This document shows positions 1-9,854 of a DNA stretch of 23,655 bases, piece after piece. This stretch comes from Tubiluchus corallicola (lineage: Eukaryota > Animalia > Priapulida): contig JAQGDQ010001837.1 of the NCBI GenBank assembly GCA_030141605.1, positions 1 to 23,655 of the forward strand. The letters are read 5' to 3'. Within the stretch, counting starts at the first letter, position 1. Each line of letters starts with the position of its first letter. The translations under genes were made by a program, and so were the position numbers. The notes beneath the pieces were generated by a model. It searched no databases and was not told the origin of the DNA. It saw nothing but the letters and a program-made list of their open reading frames with translations.

Positions 1-213
1 TCATTCATTCATTCATTCATTCATTCATTCATTCATTCATTCATTCATTCATTCATTCATTCATTCATTCTTTCATTCATTCATTCATTCATTCATTCAT
101 TCATTCATCCATCCATCCATCCATCCATCCATCCATCCATCCATTCATTCATTCATTCATTCATTCATTCATTCATTCATTCATTCATTCATTCATTCAT
201 TCATTCATTCATT
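1..213. repeat. (TCAT)n microsatellite with internal (TCCA)n block
   Basis: Direct reading: TCAT tetramer run that switches to TCCA at about 107-142. Confidence 0.98.
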
Positions 214-977
214 GTCCTTTCCTTGCCCTTACTATTTCATTTTTTGCTTTATTATCTTGCGTCTTTTACATCTTCTGTTTCCATTTTGCCTTCCACTCAG
301 TCCTGTACAAGTTTACCTTCTTGGCTCGAGTCGTTATATCACTTTATGGTGAATTTAAATTTTGTTTTATTTTGTTGTGGTAACAGCTTCTTGGTAAAAT
401 ATACATCAACGTTGTATTTATGGCATTTTGGAGATAAATTAAACTAGACTAATCTTCCTAACAAGACAGGTAATGAACTGTATTTGACGTACATACTTGG
501 CGGTTTTACTTAAAATTACTATTTTTGTTCTCTGTAGGAACTAAGTCAGGATCCAGTCTTTTATATTTTCACATTATGTAAGTTGTTAGTCTTTAATAAC
601 TAGAATGATTTAAATAAGTTTGTTTACTTAATGGGAAATCCTGAGATGTGTAAAATTGCTGTCGAAGTTTGCTTTGAGATGTTGGAAAAAGGAGAAAACT
701 ATTGTATAGATAAAATGAAGGTGAAATATTAATTAATTTATTAGTTTAATCTATTTAAGTATTTACAAATTCTGTGCTTGTTATGATGTACAATTTACTT
801 CCTGGTCTTTCACTGGTACCTCTACACTCGCACTATGTCACCTTTTTATTTTATTGTTCTATTTTAATTACGTGAAATTTGGTCTCTTATGGCTCAAAGT
901 TGAGTTCCTATTTGCCTCGGTTGTGCTATGTGTACTTGAATGTTTTGCAGAAAATAAATTTTATCTATCTGTTATTG

Positions 978-1470
978 CAGTACTTTGGTTGACTTTGGTT
1001 GACTTCTGTGCCTGCCTAAAAATATTATACACATTAGTTGTCGAGTTGTAAGGCAGTATAACAACTTCTTACATCCAAAAGTGGGCATGCAGTACTTTGG
1101 TTTGTGGTTTTTTTTTGTGGTTGTGGGTTTTTTTGTGGGTGGTTTTGGTGTTTTTGTTTTTTTTTGTGTTGTGTTTTTTGTGGGTGGTGTTTGGTTGTTT
1201 GTGGTAAAAATTTAACATTGTTGTCGAGTTGTAGCAGTATAAAACTTCTTACATCCAAAAGTGGGTGCAGTGCTTTGATTGACTTCTGTGCCTGGCTAAA
1301 AATATTATACACATTAGTTGTCGAGTTGTAAGGCAGTATAACAACTTCTTACATCCAAAAGTGGGCATGCAGTACTTTGGTTGACTTCTGTGCCTGGCTA
1401 AAAATATTATACACATTAGTTGTCGAGTTGTAAGGCAGTATAACAACTTCTTACATCCATAAGTGGGCAT
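978..1470. repeat. 102-bp tandem repeat, 3 clean copies plus a degraded or collapsed block
   Basis: Unit gcagtactttggttgacttctgtgcctggctaaaaatattatacacattagttgtcgagttgtaaggcagtataacaacttcttacatccaaaagtgggcat starts at 978, 1089, 1267 and 1369 (period 102). Confidence 0.93.
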
Positions 1471-1831
1471 GCGACCTCTTCACAGAGTTATCGTGCTAAA
1501 TCCATACAGATCTGATCCGCTGAAGGATTTACCGACACTTTTTCAACGTCACGAAACATTTGCATCATTTCCTGGCGGTAATCCTGCGCGTGCTAAAGTT
1601 AAGTGAAATGCAAACAACTCGAGGAAGTCCCCGAGGCTTCCAGTGATCATGGCAGGTATCCATGCTCTTCTGAAATGTTAACAGTCAAGTGGAAAACGTT
1701 TTTTTTCGATGGAGCAAACAGGGGTATGATTTAGTTGAGTAGATCTTATCTTCCAGATAGCACCAACAAGTATAGGCTTACGTACAGGTGTGGAAATGCA
1801 TTTCTTTTGGACGCTTCTTTTTCAAATGATC

Positions 1832-2573
1832 TTTTTTATTATTATTATTTATTATTATTATCACATTCAGTACAATATAATGACATTAAGCACACAGTGA
1901 CATCAAAATTATTACGTCATACTGTATTAAATTGTTATGTTTCATACACTATCGTTATCATAAAAGAATAATTGTACTGCAGTGGGCTAGAGAAGCAAAG
2001 GCTTGTATAAGCCCACTGTCATGTGAACCCGATAAAAAAAGAATGGATGAGTGAACAAAAAAAGAACTGGGAGAAAGGTTAGATCACACAGGAAGGGTAG
2101 AAGGATGTGTTAGTGGAAATGGTAGGAAGAAAGATAATAGATTGTGCTATGTTGACATCAGCTCTAAAGATTATCAATGATGCCTTGTTTTGCATAATCT
2201 GTACCAGGATTGTGGTATGACTGCTGCAGTAGGTGTGGGAAATTAGGAAGTGTTGTACTTGTTGAGAATCATTGCTCTGTATTTCTTTTTAAATTTTTGA
2301 ATCGGCTGAACAGTTTTTAATTCATCATTTATGTCATTCCAAAGTCTCGGACCAACATTTGCAATAAATTGCCGTGCCACGTCTGTTCTACAGAAATTTA
2401 CGACAAACTCATTCATTCTGGTTTCGTAACGCCAATTATTACGTTGGACTGGCTTATTAAGGAATGTTGGAAAGAGATGATATTTAGTTTTATACATGTA
2501 TGTAGCTGTATTCATATATATTAATACACCTACATACATGTATAAAACTAAATATAATCTCTTTCTAATGTTC
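1832..2573 (-). mobile_element. 5'-truncated LINE 3' end (CR1/L2/Crack group) with 3'UTR and (TAA)n tail
   Basis: The minus-strand ORF ends with an ORF2 C-terminal motif. It is followed by a ~400 bp UTR with a hairpin (cagtgggct 1980-1988 / agcccactg 2010-2018) and a (TAA)n tail at 1832-1861. Confidence 0.8.
2243..2515 (-). pseudogene. LINE ORF2 (reverse transcriptase) C-terminal fragment
   Basis: YETRMNEFVVNFCRTDVARQFIANVGPRLWNDINDELKTVQPIQKFKKKY matches the Y.TR...RT......GP.LWN.....K....FK pattern at the end of CR1/L2-group ORF2. Confidence 0.8.
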
Positions 2574-2638
2574 TAACTTGCCAAATCGTTCACACTTTCG
2601 AGTTTACTTTTTACTAAACTGAAGCCATTCAGACATTG

Positions 2639-3077
2639 AGTTAAATAATTTGGTTAAAGTTTATTTATTCTTGTAGTTAAAGCTGCTTGCTGATTACTGT
2701 GTGGCGTGTGAGGTAGCCACGATGGGCATGGCAAACTATAACAAGCAACACATTTATTAAACATCAAACACAACAATGTAAATATAAGAGGATAGTAATG
2801 CCAGCCCTCCGTCTTCAAGTCAGTTCCTAATCTCCCCCGAAGTGCGGGCCTCAAAACACTTTTGTCTAACTACCTAATGCGCCGTGAGCTTCTGCGTAGA
2901 AGGATTACATCATCAATCTTTACTTCTGAGTCAGCCGGTCGAACATCAGCTGGTCACGTGATGCCACACCTAACTAGGCTTCTATCCACGATGATAGTTT
3001 AATCTTGCATCGTCAAGCATTTAATCTTGAATTATTAATTTAATCAAAATCATTATTTAACACAGCGTTCCTTTACT
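2639..3077 (-). mobile_element. Solo-LTR-like element with AGT...ACT termini and 5-bp TSD
   Basis: cattg at 2634-2638 and 3078-3082 flanks agttaaataatttg...ctttact. Shares blocks with 5226-5586 (tttattaaacatcaaacacaa, gatagtaatgcca). Minus-strand AATAAA inside. Confidence 0.65.
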
Positions 3078-3636
3078 CATTGGTCTTACACGTATGTTTC
3101 CTGTGTAAGTCTCTGATCCGTTATATCGTGTGTAACTATGTTCTATTGCGGATCCTCAATCTAGCAAAGTACTGGTATAGTATAATATACAGTATACTAT
3201 ACAGTACATATATATACAGTATACACTTAATATACAGTATTAGTGTTCAGTGTATGTATACGTAAAATAATTAATATTGTGTTGCTATGATGACCTAATT
3301 AAACACAATTGATGTTGTTGATTTCTCAGCTTAATGGGCAATAATATCTTACGAATAGGTTAAGCTGTAGAAACGCTAAACAAAGAGTGAAAGGTATTTT
3401 AGAAATTCATCAAAAGAACTGTTTTTCTTGGGGATTAGGAAAATAACAACGATAAACGTGGGTCGTTAGATTATAAAATCCAACTTGCAATTTTGCGGTT
3501 TTTTTCACTTCAAAGAGAGAATACGCTTTAGTCTTTGTAGTTGAAACTCAGCAAAAAACTCGGTTAAAACAATTTACGCAATTAGAGTTCGACGTATTGC
3601 GTATTCAAAGTTCAAGCTTGAAGCACAAGAAAACAA

Positions 3637-4184
3637 TGTTGTTGGCATCCTTCTGTCTCGGAAGACAATGGAGTTTGCGCCAAGAGAGTCAGTTATTGAT
3701 CACATTGATGGAGCTGCAGCGTCGACTGTGGCTGAGCAGTCCGATCCTTGAACGTCTCCAGGGCGCACGCCTGGGCAAGGTGTATGGAAATCCTGAGTTG
3801 CCCAGACAACAGGAACCCCCTCTCTTCCTTGCTGGTGTAGTCCAAAGGAAAGCGGAGTGATACGTTTGGCTGCAGGAGCTATAGGAGCTGCCGGAGTCAG
3901 TGAACATGCTGCACAGGTCCGCCTTCGGGGCTCCACTCCTGATTTGGAAGGTTTACTCCTCTACACATGGCCGTTGGGTCACTTGACCTCCTCCGCCCTC
4001 TAGCCGTTGGCTGCTTGTGCAGCTCCTCCTCCTAGTGTCGAGATACAGTGTGGGCATCCCCCGCAAGCCTACAGCACCTGGTATTCCTAGACGGTCACCC
4101 ATCCAAGCACTAACCAGCCTCTACGTTGCTTAACTTCGGTGATCAGAGGAGAACCGCTGTTTTCAATGTGATATGTCCGTAGAC
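3637..4184 (-). mobile_element. 5S rRNA-derived SINE (SINE3-type), full length, RTE-like body, (CAA)n tail
   Basis: A complete 5S head runs into a ~430 bp body with no T4 terminator. The same body and 3' end occur at 13340-13835 and 14668-14962. Confidence 0.88.
4065..4184 (-). rRNA. Full-length 5S rRNA-like sequence (SINE head, probably not a functional rDNA unit)
   Basis: The reverse complement reads GTCTACGGACATATCACATTGAAAACAGCGGTTCTCCTCTGATCACCGAAGTTAAGCAACGTAGAGGCTGGTTAGTGCTTGGATGGGTGACCGTCTAGGAATACCAGGTGCTGTAGGCTT: 120 nt, terminal stem, Box A and Box C intact. Confidence 0.92.
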
Positions 4185-4632
4185 GCGCTCTTCATAAATA
4201 AAGCTTCAAAATTTGTCTTAAAACTTTATAACACTTGCACGCTCTGCTGTTTTATTGCATACACGGCTTGCGTTACCAGTAACGTTGTACAAAGCTTGTA
4301 AATTTAAACTCCCGGGATAACTGTTAGGCGCAGCCATTTTAAAGACAGGTCGTTTAAAACAAATATTGATAACTCTGTGTAAAGTTTGAAAAAAATAACA
4401 GAACATTCGCTGCGCAACCTTTGCTAACTAAGCAAATGTCTAAATTACTATATATTGTCAATAAGACTAAAAATACGTTTTCTTTTTTGGTGAATTAGTG
4501 GTGCACACTGGGACGGCGATGCAGTGCAACCTACAATGTAGTAAAAATTTTCTTTTCCAATTACATAAGTCCTTCAAACATGTAAGTGTAATGCTAAGTA
4601 ATATAATATATTTTTAAGCACAAGAATCTTAA

Positions 4633-5605
4633 AGGAAAACCGAACCCAATCTTAAACTTTAGCTCGAAACAATCTACTCTTTCAAATATTGAAAAGGAAA
4701 CATACCATTTTTTTAAAGAATGACTTGCGTGAAGAATTATTAGCATGCAAAAGTAATTTCGTGTTGCCGCCACTAGTTCTTCGCTTTTACATTCGCTATT
4801 CGTTAGTTTGGTGGGCGCTAGGGACTGCATTTTGAAATGCGTTGCATGAAAAAATAGGTGCTGTACCTCTCCGTTCAGATGCGATAGTTTGTGATGAACT
4901 AAACACGTTCAACAGCTCATGTGCGAGCACAGCTCTGAATTTGAAATTTGAATTTTTATCTTAAAATTTCCCTACTTTTTGTATATTGTTGTACAGTAGC
5001 GCTGTACTTCAATTTTCGCTTTCGCAAACCCGTTCAAAACGCTCATGGAATATTTTTGCTGCTGAAATTCATGTTAGTTTGTGATGTCATCAATAGTTGG
5101 GCCCGCCGACATTTAATAAATTTTTAACTAGTTATTTAATTATCTTAAACACTTCAGAATTATTATAGGCGTACACATCGTATACATTTTACCGTAGTTC
5201 AAAATGGGGGTAGAATGCGGAAAGTAGTAAAAATAATTTGTTGTATTGGTTGTGTGTAGCTGATTATTGGTGTTTTATGGATGACAAAACTATGAAGAGT
5301 CTGATTATAAAACTACACGTTTATTAAACATCAAACACAATAAATATAACAGATAGTAATGCCAAGCCCCCTGATCTAGCTTGCTCTCCTTCAGCTCCCA
5401 GACTCAATCCCCTGAGCTAGGCGCATCACAAGGCTTACATATCGTGCGCCGAGCTTCGACGCCTCGATTCTGAATCACTTGCTCACCTGACACCACTCCT
5501 TAACTGGCTTCATACCAGCATTCATCAACATAATTATCTATCTTAATCTAATGCTTTTAACATAGTTTAACAGGTTCCTCTTTACTAAAATCATCCTGTT
5601 TTACT
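4633..5605 (+). mobile_element. Kolobok-like non-autonomous element, family B
   Basis: TTAA at 4629-4632 and 5606-5609; termini aggaaaac / gttttact. 4995-5215 aligns to 10595-10785. Confidence 0.7.
5226..5586 (-). mobile_element. Second AGT...ACT solo-LTR-like element, nested in family B
   Basis: agtaaaaataatttg...ctctttact flanked by aaagt / aaaat (4 of 5 match). Homologous to 2639-3077 and absent from the other family B copies. Confidence 0.6.
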
Positions 5606-6519
5606 TTAAACAACACTGTACTAGTTTGGTTGCATAAATTACCGAAACAAGATGGCTGTTCAAATTATTCTTCAGGTCAGTTATAAGCCCTAGGTGGCTA
5701 ACAAATGACCAATAGTAAAGAGGCGTTAGTAGTGGACGCCCAGAGAATATAAGTTGAACAATAAGAGAATGACCATGCGCGTGTCTGACCTACAGATTTA
5801 GGTGAAGAGTTATCAAAAAGCAATACAGAAAACGTGTTAAAGTTTCTATAACATATCTGTGTCAACCATTTTTGTAGGTTATGTATTTTTGAGTTTCACA
5901 GCTCGGACTAAGACACCTTGCAGTAATAAAAGACGCTTTGTGTGAATTTCCTGTGAAAAAACTCTTATTGGGGGGCTATAAAGACATTTCGTCATGCATA
6001 CAATGGAGGGTTGGCAGGTAAAGAAAGCGAGTTGAAAGCGAAAGAAGTTGGTATAAAATCTTAACCTAGAACTGGGCCGCTAACTGGAGTATTTTCTCTT
6101 TTTTGTCAAATACCTAAAAGGCAAATATCAAAAAATGCCGACACCGTATTTACTGAAAGTTCGAAGTTTTGAAAAGAAGGTAAATTATTTCGGTTACAAT
6201 GGAAACTGGGTCGATTGACTCTCGTATGCAAATGAAGTTACCGTAAAAGCGTTTGGGGGAAATTGAAGTAGTTTGTCTCAAAATGCACTAAACTAGTACC
6301 TTAATTTAAAATACTCGGTCATTTCTTCAAGGCTTTTACACATAGAATTCTCAAAGCCGCTATTCAGCACTCAATGGCAGCACCTACTTAATTTCCTACT
6401 TAGTTGTGGCTAAACCGGCACCTAATTTATTATCAAGAATAAATTTTCTGGTTTATATACCAGGCTGACATATGTCAGTTGGAAAGTATGATAGATGAAC
6501 TCGTCTGAAGTTTTCTTGT

Positions 6520-6566
6520 CGGTCACCTATCCGCTTATTAATCAGGCACAACTTTGTTTAACTTTC
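6520..6566 (-). pseudogene. Degenerate 5S-derived fragment (Box A to Box C)
   Basis: The reverse complement AAGTTAAA-24nt-GGATAGGTGACCG is colinear with 5S AAGTTAAG-24nt-GGATGGGTGACCG. Confidence 0.6.
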
Positions 6567-6685
6567 ATCGTTGAGCCCCTGGGACCTCACTTTAATTGCT
6601 GAAAGAAGAGGCTGCAGGTTTTAGATGCGTTTGACCAGTTTTGATTTGGACTGAGGTAACTAACCGAGTGGTTGCCGTGTGCATA

Positions 6686-6742
6686 ACGACTGAAGTTAAG
6701 TAGCACCAAATCTAATCATTGAAAGGATAGCTGACCGCCAGG
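6686..6742 (+). pseudogene. Degenerate 5S-derived fragment (Box A to Box C)
   Basis: GAAGTTAAG-24nt-GGATAGCTGACCGCCAGG has the same spacing as 5S. ggataccagtgt at about 6762 resembles the 5S 3' part. Confidence 0.6.
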
Positions 6743-7395
6743 CTCCGAGGTTTTGTTTGTTGGATACCAGTGTGTCATAATATGTACATAAATAAAAAGT
6801 TTAAACAACTAATCACCTATGACTCGCGTGGGAATTTTTTAAGTACATTCGTTTTCTAATAATAATGGGAAGGATTTATTTACGTTTTATAGCAAAACGA
6901 AAATTTACTCTATGCGCAAAGTAATTTACTACAATGTATTTTCAGCACCAGTGAAGCATTTGACAAGAAACAGCTAGTATTTTTACTGTTTTCTTTGGAT
7001 ACAGGCGTCAGTAAAATTTAGTTAATCCTTTAATGACGTGCAGCATGGAGAGAATTTGAATGGGTGTTTGCCTTAACCGGTAATAAACCTTTTCACAGTT
7101 CCAGCGATTGATGATGATCGTAAAAAGGTCAAAGGTTGAGTGTACCAGACAACGCATTCGTGTACACTTGACAAATAAGAAATTAGTAAAAAATAGTTTA
7201 TTTTCTTTCAATATTTTAAATAGTAGTTTTGACCTACAATTTAAGATTGCGTCCGATTTTGGTTTAAAAAATGTTAGCAGGGTGATCCTGGATCATATTT
7301 ATAACTTACTGAGCATGTTGGGATAGTTCCAGTTGATGTGTTTTTCAGAACGTTTGTCGATGTTTTGTCTCTAGCTTACTCAACTCGTTATTTAA

Positions 7396-7849
7396 CCCTT
7401 TCAGTCCCAAATTATTTTTTTATAAGAAACTTTTTTTGGCTTGGTACTTTTGTTCAGTATGTCCTTCTTGTTTACACATAATAATTATTTTTTTCTACCT
7501 GTGCCCGTGTGCTAAATATAGCCTGTATCCCACGGGATACATTGGGATTTAATGGTTGCTAAACATGATCAAAAGCAACTGCTGATAATTGTTTAAAGTA
7601 TTTAAGACATTTAGTATGCATGCTATGCTGATCTGTACAAAGTCGTCTCTAAAGTACTGTACCTTGCGCAGTTTTTTATGCTATGTAGATTTTCTAGTTT
7701 GCCATTTTATCACCATTTTTAGTCTATTGTTATTGGCTTAAATCAAAATAACTATTAACAGATCATATAACTCTCAGTTTTAAAATTTTATTAATTTTAA
7801 AGACAGAAAATATTCTCCTATCCGATGGGATACAACGGGTATGAAAGGG
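7396..7849. mobile_element. piggyBac-like MITE
   Basis: TTAA TSD (7392-7395, 7850-7853); TIR ccctttcagtccc / gggtatgaaaggg; internal palindromic motifs gtatcccacgggatac and tatccgatgggatac. Confidence 0.88.
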
Positions 7850-7853
7850 TTAA

Positions 7854-9320
7854 ACGTAAACAGGGTGATTTTTCACATCATACCCAACTTTGAAGTACGG
7901 TAAAAAGTATACATTTAACACCTGTTAAAATACAAAAGTGTTTCAGATGATTATAGCAAAAAAAAATCAAAGTTTAATTTGTAGCAATTTTCTAAATGCG
8001 CTTTTACTTATATATATCGAAAACAAGAACAAGAGTTAAAATATGCGCATAATTATTGATAAATATTACATTTTTACAATGATGATATTTGCAATGGTGC
8101 TGAAACAAGAGTAATTAGTACTTGTTTAGTAATAAAGGTTTACCGGTCTATTATAAGAGTCCTACGTTTTAGTAGAGTAAAGAGAAAAGAAATTACAATG
8201 TGACTAAATTACAACATGATTAAATGTATACGTTAAAGCACAAGAAAACCCTTCATAAACATCAAGCTTGAAAAATTCGTTTTGAAATTTTATATCACTT
8301 ACATACTGCCTTATTACATGCAGGACTTCAATCGGCAGTAACGCTGTATAAAACATGTAAGTTTAAACTCCCGCGATGACCGTTAGACGCAGCCATTTTC
8401 ACGACAGGTCATTTGAAACAAGTTTAGATAACATTTTGTAAAGTTTGAAAAAATAATCAGAGCATTCGTAGCGCTCAAGTCACTAACATAGTAAAATTTA
8501 GAATTACTGTATCTTGTCAATAAGATTAAAAATACGTTTTTGGTTAATGAGTGGTGCACCTTGGAGGGTGAGTCAGCGACATTTTACCAATTGGTGAAAA
8601 CATTTTAAATAATTAATAATTTTCTTTTCTAGTCACGTAAGTCTTTCTAGTGGTAAGCGACAATCTAAGTAATATAGATTTGCACGGAAAGTCTTTTGAG
8701 ATAATTTAACTGTGCCTTTTCTTCCCCTGATTTACGTTTGGTGCATGACGTCATGTAATGGCGACTTCGGAACAGTATTGCGGGAGATTTAAAACGAAAA
8801 CAAACTAAAATTCCTTTCAGTGCGAGTAAGATATACGCATAAAATTGCTATAAAGTAATATAATTTTTTAAGTCGATTTTCCTGAAACCTACTTCAGGTA
8901 CCCCTTTTCTTGTCCTTTAAATAAGAGGGTAAGAACTTAGTTACTGGTAGGCGAACCCAACTAGTGAAGACATCACAACTGAACATAATCTTCAAACAGC
9001 AGAAAACTTCCACGAGCGTGTTGCACGTGTTTGCGAAAGTGAAAAAGAAGCGAGGAAGTACAGTGCTGTACAACATTGAGTGTAACATTCAAGTTTCACG
9101 CATGAGCTTTGGAACGTGTGCACTACGTCACAACTGAATAACATATGAACTCAGGGGTACAAGCACTTGTCTTTTGTGCAACGCATTTCCGAGATACAGG
9201 CGCTGTGTCCATCTAACTAGCGAATGGTGGAATCCATATTGCAGCGAAGAACTGGACGCGCTAGTGCAAACTCGCGTTTCTGTAGTCTTTCTCGTAAGTC
9301 ATTATTGAAAAAATTGTAAA
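7854..9320 (-). mobile_element. Kolobok-like family B, inverted, interrupted by family A
   Basis: 7854-7950 is the reverse complement of the family B right end. 8921-9075 is the reverse complement of 4995-5130 and 10595-10730. Far end approximate. Confidence 0.6.
8237..8916 (+). mobile_element. Kolobok-like non-autonomous element, family A, complete
   Basis: TTAA at 8233-8236 and 8917-8920; TIR agcacaagaaaa / ttttcttgtcct (11 of 12 match). Confidence 0.82.
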
Positions 9321-9761
9321 ATAAAGCTAAAAGTCCGTCAACATGCTGTTGACGTATTAACCCTACCCCACCCATATAGAATAACATCTAATGAGGGTCT
9401 AAACTCGCTAAATGAACGGATTATTCGCGGTGATTTTGAAATGAAAATATTGTTAATAATTTTTGCACAAAGGCAAGGCGTGTTTTTATGGCCCGCCTTG
9501 CAAAAGCGCTTCATAAAAAGTCGGTTGTGACAATTTCGTCAAAACGAAAAGACGGTTAAACTCTAATAAAAGCAACCTTGAAGTATTATTAGCTTTAAGC
9601 GCAGCGTTTGAAAAAATATTATTATGGCTTAATTTCATAACGATATCAAAAATAAGTTTAGTAAATTGCAAAAATTATAAATACAAAACCTCATTTTTCG
9701 CTTTTTCATTCTTTTACACTATACAGAGTTGGGGAATAAGTGAGAGAGAACAGGAGAGAAA

Positions 9762-9765
<4 letters not shown>

Positions 9766-9852
<87 letters not shown>
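9766..9852. repeat. (GA)n microsatellite
   Basis: Pure GA run. Confidence 0.99.

Positions 9853-9854
<2 letters not shown>

Larger units (their letters stand above)
3622..4610 (+). mobile_element. Kolobok-like non-autonomous DNA transposon, family A (partial; interrupted by SINE)
   Basis: The terminus agcacaagaaaac matches 8237. The sequence resumes after the SINE (tcttcataaataaagctt) and 4190-4605 aligns to 8250-8680 and, inverted, to 13900-14290. Right end not found. Confidence 0.65.

Noticed and set aside
3165-3262. Structured element in the tatacag-rich tract
   Set aside because: It is ordinary low-complexity AT-rich sequence.
3597-3936. Conserved small ORFs repeated at 13301-13645 and 14725-14965
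   Set aside because: They lie inside the SINE body, and the copies differ by indels and have inconsistent starts and stops.
3960-4064. HDV-like ribozyme in the SINE linker
   Set aside because: I could not build the P1-P3 nested pseudoknot on the transcribed strand.
4065-4184. Functional 5S rDNA gene or array
   Set aside because: There is no oligo-T terminator, it is not tandem, it is inserted within another transposon, and the sister copies are 5'-truncated.
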